A stretch of 64,000 nt of DNA, taken from NCBI GenBank assembly GCA_003971905.1, contig RSEE01000010.1:248001-312000 (forward strand), given 5' to 3'. The notes under the pieces are model-generated. The model did no database searches. It saw only the letters and a list, made by a program, of their open reading frames with translations, and was not told the origin of the DNA. Shown here piece by piece: positions 53,737-64,000 of the stretch. A program made the position numbers and the translations under genes. Position 1 is the first letter of the stretch; the number at the start of each line of letters is the position of its first letter. This stretch comes from Moniliella sp. 'wahieum'. Taxonomy: Eukaryota.

Positions 53737-56212
53737 ATGACCGAGGCGTCGCCCGAGTTGGGGTTCTATCTCCCGCACCTCCCACCAGATCTGGAGCCCA
53801 TTGCTTCGAGCCTGTACCGTCGCCTACTTTACATTCACGGCTCGCTCATTCCTTCGCTCTTCGCCGGAGAAGATTTGCCGTCGACTGAAGGGGACTTGCA
53901 AGCAGCACTTGCCGAATGCCAGAGAAGCTCAACGAGCTCGACCTTGTGACCGAAGAGTATGATCCGCCTGAAAGTGACCGCATCCATGCTGTGTTTGAGG
54001 CGGGTCAAAGGGACCTGATGCAACTCCGGGAGAGCGCGAAGGAGGCTCTGCTGACAGCCAGACGAACAATCAGGGCCCAGGCGAAAGCCGAGCCTATGTC
54101 TGGGCTAAAGGCGAGGGCTGTCCTGGGTCTTGATACTGGTGGCGCATATCGTTCTCGTAGAACTACTACTGAGTACGTCTCCATTCGAATCTGCGGGCTA
54201 AGCTGACGTATTACAGGGGGGGCGACCAAGTCGCCCAAGCTTCTAGCGATATGACCACTGCACTGGAACGGGCTGTGACGCTCATGTCGGAGGAACTATC
54301 CAAATCGACATTCAGCGCCGAGTTGTTACAAGAATCGAGCGACGCTATGGCTCAACTGGGCGGGTCCTACACCTCTTTTGAGGGCTTGCTGCAGACCTCT
54401 CAAGCAATGATCAAGAAGCTGAAGAGGCAAGACGTGCAAGACCGTATCGCGGTCTTGTTGTCGTTGGCGTTCTTCATCTTTTGTGTGCTTTATATTGTAA
54501 AGCAGCGCCTCGTCGATCCCACATTTGGTGGTATCTTTGGTCTTTTGCAGGGGACGTACAAGTCCGTTAGATGGGGGACGAGCCTCTTCCGCTCGGGCGC
54601 CTCTCCAGAGTCCCGCTCATCCCTTGCTCCTTTAACCAGCGCTGCGTTGACTGGAGGAGCCACCCTGGCCGCTGCCACATCGGCATTTTCGCCCTCCGCC
54701 GCTCTGGTACAGGAAGCGCAGCAGGTTTCACCCCCTGCGCCAACAGGGAACAACTGGATTGATCCCGAAAGGACGGAATGGATTTGGGAACACGATCCGG
54801 TCCTTGATGCGGAATGGGGGGGGGCGATGTGGAGATGACTCCATCTTCGTCTCAATCTCATTCTTCCTGGACGGAAACCCACAAGCCTATCATCGACGAG
54901 AAAAGGGAGGCAACGATTCATGATGATGACAAATATGACTTCCCTTCCCAAGACGGAGTGAGGGACCCAGAAGAATACAACACGGCCCACCTGTTTGAAT
55001 CAGACCGAGGTCATCTTGCATCTCAAAAGAATTCGGTGACCGAACAGACCGTTCCACAGTGGGGGCGGAGGCTACCATTGTTCCATCCCAATCCCAGGAG
55101 TTTGCACCCATGGATGAGTTTATGGAATACAAGCCCCCTGGCTCCGATGGACAGCACAGCCGATTGTTCGTTGAGGAGCCCTCAGCGGAGGTTGTTGACC
55201 CCGCGATAGAGGCGTTTCCCATTGAGGTCACCTCTGACTCTCAGGCGAAAGAACCTCGTTCTGCCCCAGCGGTTCAGGAGCAAGTGGAAGGGGGCTCACT
55301 CGATACGCCTGCCCCTCCGAGAACAGCATCCGAGTCCCAGGTGAAGGTCGAGAACGAGACTAAATATGACCCGATTGCCGAGATGGAGCCTACCTCCAAG
55401 GTGGAACCTATCTCTGAGACGCAGCCCTCCGAAGCAGATGCTACGACCCAGGTGGAAGCTTCTATGGTACCTCTCCTCAGGGAAGAGCCTGACCTTGAGG
55501 CAGTGCCCATTTCCCAGGCTGTGTCTAACCCAGTGCTGGAACCTAGTCAGGAGGAGAAGCCCACACATGAACCACAACCCACTGCTCCAGTTCAAACTCC
55601 TCCAGAAGTGGAGCCTTTCCCAGAAGTGGAGCCAGAGGCGGAACCTACCCCAGAGGTGGAGCCTACCCCAGAGGTGGAGCCTACCCCAGAGGTTGAGCCT
55701 ATCCCAGAGGTTGAGCCTACCCCAGAGGTGGAGCCTATCCCAGAGGTTGAGCCTACCCCAGAGGTGGAGCCTATCCCAGAGGTTGAGCCTACCCCAGAGG
55801 TGGAGCCTACCCCAGATGTTGAGTCTACCCAAGAAGTCGAGACTACTCCAGAGGTTGAGCCTACCCCAGAAGTCGAGACTACTCCAGAGGTGGAGCCTAC
55901 ACCAGAAGTCGAGACTACGCCAGAGGTGGAGCCTACACAGAAGTCGAGACTACGCCAGAGGTGGAGCCTATCCCAGAAGTGGTGCCTGCCCCAGAGGGGG
56001 AACCGACTCTAGAAGCGGAGCCTACCTCGGAGGTGGTGCTTACCCCGGAGGTAGAGCCGATTCCCGAAGATGAGAAAGAGGAATCCCGGAACTTGGAGGT
56101 ACCCGTTTCCCCTGTCTCTCCGACTGATTCTACGGTCGTTCCAGGCGACGCACCTGCAGCTGACCCTGGTGTCCTCCCCGAGGTGGAGTACATTGGCCAC
56201 GAGGACTTGTAA
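53737..56212 (+). CDS. SEC20: Sec20-family ER SNARE with long acidic luminal tail ending HEDL
   Basis: Sec20 coiled-coil + [72 protein letters not shown]. Intron 54173-54216. The downstream frames (54814-55209, 55059-56012, 55961-56212) join via apparent indels and end GHEDL*. Confidence 0.8.
55605..55980 (+). repeat. 18-bp coding minisatellite (GAGCCTACCCCAGAGGTG; EPTPEV units)
   Basis: About 20 tandem EP[T/I]PEV or ETTPEV units visible in both DNA and protein. Confidence 0.95.
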
Positions 56213-56774
56213 CGATTGCTCATTTTCTTACAACCATGGCTGTTGAAGTATATATACATGGGAAACAGGATGAGTCCGAAATGGGAGGCTGGGCCCGATA
56301 AAACTTGAAGACGTGTCCCCCTATGAGGCATCATCAATACCCTTGCTGAAGCAGATCAATTGCACGGGCTAGGCGCGGGCTTGTCTTCGTCATGATATGT
56401 AGAGGCGTGTCTTCGTCATGTGTGAAGGTTTTTGACCTCTTTGGCGACCTTTCATCAGTACCCGGTTGCTCTCTTACGTCCTCGCCCTTTTCAGTCCATC
56501 CACACCTCCCCTTTATCAGATGTATCTCTCTTGCTCTCGACTTGATACTTGAATCAATACTCGCTGGCTCGTGGCCTTCTGCGTCGCTCCAGAACCGGAC
56601 TAAAACAACCAACATTGATTCTACATAGCTGAATCAATATAGATTGACTCATCGTATCCGCAAGGGGTATAAGCACCACCAAGCGGAAGCAGAATGAAGC
56701 GAAAGCTCCGGCTGAGCGTCGGTTGCGAGAAGAATGACAAAAAAAGGACTCGTACGAATAGGGGGGCTGATCAG

Positions 56775-58119
56775 CTAGTAATACACTGTCTGGTCGTAGC
56801 CCTCGTCCTCCGCATACTCAGGATAAGGATAGCCATCGATGATCTCCTGAATGGCATCCGAGTCGACCGTCTGTGTTTGGTGTTCGGTGACGATGGGCAG
56901 AGCAGTGGGCTGGACAAATCGGACATCGTACTCATACAGCACTTCGGATGCTAATTTTTCGCGTTGGGCCAGGCGCGCCTCTCCAAGCACAATGAGAACG
57001 TACGTCTGCGCTGATAGCAGGAGCATCCCTACCCAGCCCCAAAGAAGCGACCAGCTTATTGCCCGTTCGTACCCATGCGCCGCAGCTTCGTACCACAGGC
57101 TGTGTAGGGAGAGTAGGCGCCAAAGAAAGATAGGCAGGCTGCAGGCGGGGTCCAAATCTCCATCGTCCGGCTCGATGGGGGAAGAACCGGATTTTCAGTC
57201 TCCTCCTCGGGAGGTTGGTCGAGACCCGAGGGAGGCGCTAGAAGGTAGTACCACACCGAACGCAAAAGCCAGCGAAGTGCCGCACTTCATAATGTCAGCC
57301 TTCTAATAAACGAAGCATTGGGGAAAATACGTACACGCTCCACCGAAGTGTAGTCTTGCCTCCCAGCCAGATTGCTTTGGATATGGTCAAAGGGGCTTGG
57401 GCTTCTTTAGCACGTTCTTCCGCCTCAGCCTGAGCGCGATCACCAGGGACTAGGCCAATCCTCTTGGTATAGGAGCGATAACTTGCTTGGCTGAACAAAG
57501 CATACGAATTCAAACCAGAAAGGAAGAAGAGGCTCATCAAGCCCAGCACGGCAAGAGTAGAAATGCTCCAAGCAGTCCCTGGGGTGGAGATACGAGAGGT
57601 GGTCGGGACTGCTTGAAAGTGCAAGGTCTGGGTCTTAGAGCGAGCACCGGCGCCGCGCCGAACAAGTAAGAGAAAGAACGAAAGAACATGTGCTGCTGCC
57701 GCTGCTTTCCCTCCGGTCTCGAGAGGGAGCGCTGTGATGTCTGCTCGCCATTCGGCGGTAGCCTGAATTAGCGCATCCCACATTTCCCGGGGGAAGGAGC
57801 TGATGCGATCGTACAGTCCGCGGCGCCGCACCTTAACCTGGCGACGGAGGGAACTGCGACGACGACGTTTTTGGTCTTTGCTTTCTTTGTCCTTATGCAT
57901 GGGGGAAGACTGAATGGTCGAAAGGTTGCCCAAGTCGGAGCGGACAGAGTCGTCGTTGTCGGGAATAGTGTTGGTGTAAGAGGACAGGCGGCTGCGGCGT
58001 GGGCCGGCATGGGCGAAAGGCACGTTGCGCCGCATAAAAGCCGAGGGGGGAGCGCGAAATGCCGACATCTGTCCGGATGATGCCCGCGAAGAAGCAAACA
58101 CGGAGCCCGAGCTGGTCAT
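56775..58119 (-). CDS. Nuclear rim protein Nur1/Mug154-like (DUF2418)
   Basis: Two N-terminal hydrophobic segments, intron at about 57285-57334, MEIWTPP...FFGAYSP and LASEVLYEYDVRFVQP..TQT, as in DUF2418 (W.P..FSP; EV..EY..KFV.P). Frameshifted. Confidence 0.7.
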
Positions 58120-58559
58120 TGCGTTGCGACGAGCGATGGCGATGGTGGCGGTGCTTCTGTTGCTCGCTTCGGTGTTGACGCGCTGATCACAAGTGGGTCC
58201 GACGCCACAGAGGTGACGCGGGTCACGTGTTAAGTTTTGTAACGTCAGCGCGTCATCAGTCGGACATGAAATAGCAGTCCTGGAAAAGAACGACAGCCTA
58301 AAGGGTGCCTCTTATGATCTTTTTGTGCTCGTTTTGCCGTGGTTCGCAGCGCTCTTCGACGTGGCCAATCTGTCGGTCATATTGAGCAGGTACGTGGATA
58401 CAGGTAAAGCGAAAAATGGAGCAGTGGTGAGGCGACATATACGAAGTGCGCAGGAGGGAAGGAAAAAGGAGCATGTGTGTGTCTGTAACAGCGTGGGCTA
58501 TATCATACCGGCCACAATATGAATGCGTACAGCAGCTTTACTTGTATTCACAACACATC

Positions 58560-59348
58560 TACTGGTCAGGTCGGGCTTTCATGGGCCTAGCCTCGTTGTA
58601 GGATGCTTTGGAGGAATCATGCTGGGTCTTCTCCCGGCTGAGAGTAGCCACACAGAGGACCATCAAACATTTGTGGATTATACAACGAGATACGTAAGTA
58701 GCGGTATATGAGGGCTGAGCAGCCTTGTGGAATAATCAAGGGGGCACAAGGAAAGGATGGAACGAGATAGGGTATATTTGGAGCAACGTAAGCCGCTACC
58801 CTGTTCTTCTTCTAGTTCTTTCTCATCATCGCAATCGGGGGTTCGTTCTTTTCACTCTAATACCCCTGGGAGAGGGACGCGGAGTGAACAAAAGTCCCCT
58901 ATTAGGAGAGAGAGTTATGGAAGTGATAGTGTGGTGGGAAGTGGTGGTGTCGACCTCGGTGTCATAAAGGGGGGGTATGGCGTACGGTGGTTCTGGATCG
59001 TTGTTCGTAACACCTCTTGGGGAAAGACGAAACTGAGGCCGAGGCCGGAACGACACCCCACTAAACTGACATTTGGGCTCTTCTCTTTTCTCTTTCTACT
59101 CTGAGTGAAAATGGACGAGGATCATAGCTCCATGCAGGGAGGCCACGAAGCTCGGACAACCTCTTGTGCACAAAGTGCAGGAAGGTCATATCCCTGGCGG
59201 GAGCTACGGATATGCTGGTGGAACGGACAGAAGAACGGGAGCCTAGCTGGTGTGTGGTGAGTTCAGATCGGACTCGCACATCTTTAGGAGCTTCTTCTAC
59301 GCTCCTTTCTAACCCATGCAGCAGCCGAGATGGTGATGAGAACGACAA
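58560..59348 (-). CDS. Possible small hypothetical gene (fragmented)
   Basis: Consecutive short minus-strand ORFs (59061-59348, 58826-59056) with coding-like composition; no motif recognised. Confidence 0.2.
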
Positions 59349-59818
59349 TTCTCCGGCCTGAGCTACAATAGGCTAATCCCTCCCTTGCGCTGCCGCGTTC
59401 GGGGCCAGTCCTGGCACAGGTGGCCGGGGACCAATGTCTATTGCTCGCCGACGTAAAGGACATTTGATCCGACTTATCGACTTATCTTTGCCCTGGGTAC
59501 AATAAACACCCAGCGCGCCGATGCAAACTAGCACAGCCGAATGGGGCCTGAGCGCTGAGCCCCTTCCTAAGCCTGAGCTCGAACCCCATAACCATTACCG
59601 AGAGCTTATACTTCCCCGAAGGCTATGCTATCACCACCTCCACACCAAGTGCACAATTGGCGTTGTTCGCCCAGGATAAAGCATTGGTAGGCATCATGAT
59701 GAGTGGGGGCTAGATAGAGGACAGAACGACCTCCCTCTAGGATCTCAAGAGTTTGGCTTGCCGGGTGCGCGGGTAAGGATAAGGGGGGGGGGGGGGGGGA
59801 GGCGGCCGCGGAGAGGGG

Positions 59819-61008
59819 TTAAGAAAGGGTGAAGTGCTGCACCGAGCGACGCTTGTCAATGTCGATGCGCAACAGCCGCTCAGGCAGCGCATGCGCAATC
59901 ACGCCCGGGTCTACTTCGGGGGTCTCGTTCGACGGGTGTGACCTCGCTTCGAGGGCGTAATCTGACTTCAGCCACGGGTCCACCTGTCCGCCCGGGCCGG
60001 GTCCAACAGGGGAGTATGGTGCCAACTTGGCAACTTTCCCTGTTGATGCCCATAACTCGTAGATGGGCATGCAAGAGGAAATGAAGCTCATGTCCATGTG
60101 GTCGTTATCGGTGGCAGCACGCGGTGTGCCATGCCGCCACTCAAATACCAAGTCCCATGCAGGCAGCTTGGCGCGGGAAATGTCTCCCTGCTGTAACGCT
60201 GTGCGCACTCCGACCACAGGCCAGAGCTGAATGAATGCGTCGAGATGAGAGACCCAGCGCTGAGCATACTCCGACACGGCAGCATCGATGGTTTGCAAGT
60301 GGGCGAGCGAATGCTGGAGGAAGAAAGGTGCCTCCCCCCCCTCTAGCACCTGGCGTTGAGCCTCGGCATAACGCACCGCCAATTCATCTCCCAGGGGAGC
60401 CAAGCCAAGGCACCATCCCTCCAGGAGGAACACATCCAGCTGGCGAGGATTTTTGACCACGTGGCTCACTACCACTCCAGCTTCAACGTGAGGCAAGTAC
60501 GCCGCCTCGGCCGATTGGGTCAATTCGAGATTGGATGTTTCCACGTCGGACTCCCAAAGCGGAGGCTGGGGTTCGCCCCGTAGGTTGCACAACATCCGTT
60601 CTCCAAAGGCCACGTCATGCGTGCCTGGTACTCCGTTGGTCTGAATGAGGGTATTGGTTGGATCGCGTCGCTGGATCGTGTCGAAGGCCACTGTGGGCAA
60701 GCGAAGGTCATCGATGCTGATCACGGAGACGCGGAGGCTATAACCTTCTGCGCTGAGCTCGGAGGCAAGGCGGTGCGCCAGCTGGTGTTTCCCTGCCAGA
60801 AAGTCAGTTGAGTCCGACAGGAGAGCGGGGACGTACCGCTTCCCTGTGGGCCCTGGATGCCAACGATGAGCGGGCGGTCGCGCGCTCGTGCCGGACGATT
60901 GGCTAGCTGGGAAAAGACGAAGTTGCGGCACAGCTGCCATGTGGCGACGGGCCACATCTCGGAAGCATCGCGCTCGCGACTGGTTGGCGCACGGCGGGGA
61001 CGGTACAT
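59819..61008 (-). CDS. Tda10 / D-glycerate 3-kinase-like P-loop kinase
   Basis: RPLIVGIQGPQGSG|K across intron 60793-60836, VISIDDL, GVPGTHDV, FLLEGWCLG, VFEWR, FISSCMPIYE. Confidence 0.8.
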
Positions 61009-61994
61009 GCTGGACGGAAGGCGGTGGAGCAGAAGACTGGGCTGGGAAAGAGTTGAACCATTCACAGCGCCTGGCCTCAGATCATCGATCATGCCTTCGT
61101 CCCCACCGCGGGTGTGCCACGCCTTGCCACGAAGCCAGGGGGCTGAAGTGATTTGAACGTTTGCATTTTGCGCGCCGTCATCCGCTCCCGCCACGCGATT
61201 GTGTGGCAAGGTTGGGTTTTCATGTCACAGTGACATGTCTGCCAGCTATGCAGTCTGCAGGATGGGCGAAGGGCGAAGCGTGTCCGCAGTCCTGCGGTCC
61301 CAGGCTGTCCCCTGTCCGGGCCGGGCAAGCTTTGCGCATCCCCACCCGCCCCGACTGCGAATCCACCGCACGGCACAGCGCCCAGGTATGCGGCAAACGC
61401 GTGGCCCGCCATGCTCGCTCGCCTGAGCTCAGCTCAGGCGCTCATCCGCCGTTTGCCAGCAGCGTCACGGCACTCTTAGGTAATCCCACACCGAGTCGGG
61501 CCAAGACGAGTAGATCCAAGTGGGCCAGGGGCCAAACCACCCGCACGTGATTCACAGACTGCCATTCTCGCTTGGGGCTCAGGCGATAAGCTCCTTCAAG
61601 CTTCAAGCTTCACCACCTGCTCTTCTTTTTGGCCTTAAAACTAGTTCAAACCAGACAAGACCACCTGCCGCCCCGTTTTGGCGCGAATGGAAAGGGAATA
61701 GTCCTTGCTAAACGCTCGCCGGCGTTAAACGTTAACCGGTAACCGGTAACCCCCTCCCTTCCTCCCTGTGCATGAGACCCATGATGCATGACGGCGCCAG
61801 TGCCCACCTCGCCTTCCCAGCGCCAAGTATAGGGCGAGCCCCACTGAGCGTATCCAAAAGATGGCGAGACACACTCATACCGACGGCACATTGAACCCTG
61901 CGTCGAGCATCCACCGTGCAGATAGATGGGGATGGAAGCCTTCCCTCTCAAAGCCTGACCCGTGTCCACTCTTTTGAGCCATCACCGGGTGGCT

Positions 61995-62336
61995 CGTGCT
62001 TTGGCCAACGTCCCTTCAGTTCCTCCTCAGGCCTAGGAGCTCCGTTGTCTTCTCTCTCCTGTTTTTCCTTGTCCCGTAGCTTAGCCTCTGGTGGCGACTC
62101 GCTGTTTGATGTTCCTCTGTAGCCAGGTGTTGCTCGTTGGCTTAGTCCCCCCCCACCACCAGTGCAATTGCATCACCCTCGAGGACCATCCGGACTGCCA
62201 GGTCTCATCACACTCGCCACGTGCCAAGGACGACACGGAGTTGGTTTATAACATTTCGGGGATGCTTATACCGGCCACATGTACAACTTCCCAGTAGGGT
62301 TACTACCGCAGCACCAGTAACAGTGGCGCTGTGACA
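61995..62336 (+). repeat. Dispersed repeat copy A, LTR-like end (..CTGTGACA)
   Basis: 61995 to about 62220 aligns by eye with the reverse complement of about 63780-64000. Confidence 0.8.
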
Positions 62337-62449
62337 AATTAATTGCGCTGAGCGGCTGAACATTGAAGCAACCCTATTTTGTCTGGGCGCGCACCGAGTC
62401 GAGTTGCGTGGCTGCTGCGCTCGTCGTTTCCCCCCCAGCACTTAACAAG

Positions 62450-63009
62450 ATGGCGCCCAAGGCTGACCCCTCGATCCCTGTGACGGTGATCCTGCGTGCG
62501 ACTGGTGGTGAGGTTGGTGCCTCCTCTGCGCTCGCCCCCAAGATCGGTCCTCTTGGTCTGGTATGTTTCCCCTAGCCCAGTGTGCGAGTGGGCAGATGAC
62601 TGATACCTATGCCGCTGTCACAGTCCCCCAAGAAGATTGGTGAGGACATTGCCAAGGCCACGGGGGAGTGGAAGGGTCTCCGTGTGACTGTCAAGCTGGT
62701 TGTGCAGAACCGTCAGGCTGCGGTCTCGGTTGTTCCCTCGGCCTCCTCGCTGGTCATTCGTGCGCTCAAGGAACCTCCCCGTGACCGCAAAAAGGAGAAG
62801 AACATCAAGCACGGTGGTAACATTCCCTTTGACGAGATTGTTGAGATTGCGCGCACTATGCGCCTCGCTCCTTCGCAAAGGACCTCTCAGGTGTGGTGAA
62901 GGAGATCCTCGGCACTGCCCAGTCGGTCGGCTGCCGCGTCGACCGCCGCCCCCCGCACGACATTATTGACGCCATCAACGAGGGCGAGATTGAGGTGCCT
63001 CAAGAATAA
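62450..63009 (+). CDS. RPL12: 60S ribosomal protein L12 (uL11)
   Basis: [71 protein letters not shown]; intron 62561-62623; one apparent indel near 62865. Confidence 0.97.
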
Positions 63010-63619
63010 ATTCCACTGTGAGAGGTCACTCCCTTGGCAAGGGAACATTCTGCACGTATTGATCAGAGTGGTGCCCTTTGTTACCTCTGCCTGTGCTGAT
63101 GTTGTGCGGCACGCCGAAAATATATGGTGCATGACCATGCTTTCCCTGCTTCTCACCATTTGTAGCACAGGGTTTACACCAGGCCAGGGAGATGGAACCC
63201 CAAGCGTATCGCAGGAATCTGTCCAAGCTCCCATCTATCTCGTCACTCTGTATGGAGGCGTATTTAAAGCAATGCTGCTAACTTGGTTGAGAGCTAGGAA
63301 GGGTTTTGCTGCTTAGAATTTGCGAAGCATTACCTTTTTTATCATGGCGAGTGCGCAATGTAGTCATGGTTGTAACCAAGATCGCTAAAAAGAGGTGATC
63401 ATTATCCCGTTTATGGGCGCTAAGGAATGCCTGTTGTGGAGAAGGGGCGGGTGGGCGCGGGGGGCAACTGTCCCGTTGGTCGGCGCAACATTGAGTGCGG
63501 ATGTGGCGCACCGACACGTCTTCGCCTTGCGCTACTATCATATCATGTCCAGGTGGGAGGCCAGCCCTGGTTCATCTGTCCTTATTCCAGTGCCTAACCA
63601 AACTCCCCGCTACCACATC

Positions 63620-64000
63620 TGTTACAGGCTTGGCACTGTGCGGGAAGCCTTGCGATTAGATGCTACTTAGTGAGAACAAACGAGGTGGACGCTTGCGTCT
63701 TGGCTCTCTTCCCTCACGTCGTTTTATTGCCGAAGGCGTCTACCAAAACCCGCCCCTTCCTTGCTAGCTACGACTGCTTGTGGCTCTTGATGAGACCTGG
63801 AGTCAAGAAGGTTCGTCGAGGGTGATGCATTCGCACTGGTGGGGTGGTCTAAGCCAACCAGCAACGCATACAGAGGAACATCAAGCAGCGAGTCGCCACC
63901 AAGGCATAAGTTGCGGAACAAGGAAAAACAGGAGAGAGAGATAAGGGAACTCCCAGGCCAGGGCCTGAGGAGGAACTGAAGGGACATTGGCCAAAGCACG
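63620..64000 (-). repeat. Dispersed repeat copy B, LTR-like end (..CCTGTAACA on minus strand), runs off window
   Basis: Inverted, diverged copy of repeat A; terminus TGTTACAG at 63620 on the plus strand. Confidence 0.8.

Noticed and set aside
55605..55980. Regular repeat array as a possible CRISPR
   Set aside because: There are no unique spacers; it is an in-frame 18-bp coding minisatellite in a eukaryotic gene, and no cas genes are present.
62450..63009. RPL12, FBA1 or PEP4 as pseudogenes or programmed frameshift sites
   Set aside because: Protein conservation is intact on both sides, and breaks are spread over many unrelated genes; assembly error is simpler.

Overview
Fungal nuclear DNA. 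Short GT-AG introns with CTRAC-type branch points, high GC and the gene set point to a basidiomycete, plausibly Ustilaginomycotina (inference). Recognisable genes: FBA1 3' end, a DH/RhoGEF protein, SAP30-like, betaine lipid synthase BTA1, vacuolar aspartic protease PEP4, a SABATH-like methyltransferase, a divergent Yak1/DYRK kinase, SEC14, a tandem HMG-box protein, ORM1, MZT1, cryptochrome-DASH, a ChaN-like heme-binding protein, SEC20, NUR1/Mug154-like, a Tda10/glycerate-kinase-like protein and RPL12. There are also two intron-containing tRNA-Arg genes. Many genes, including essential ones, carry single-base frameshifts that are most likely assembly indel errors. Mobile DNA: an 868-bp solo LTR with a 5-bp TSD, nested in an older copy of its own family, and two inverted LTR-like remnants around RPL12. 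The most unusual signal is non-coding. Most intergenic regions hold short arrays with a 7-bp period, built from A-N-N-N'-N'-T hexamer palindromes plus one spacer base. At least 13 of the 16 possible such palindromes occur, and different palindromes are often joined in the same phase.
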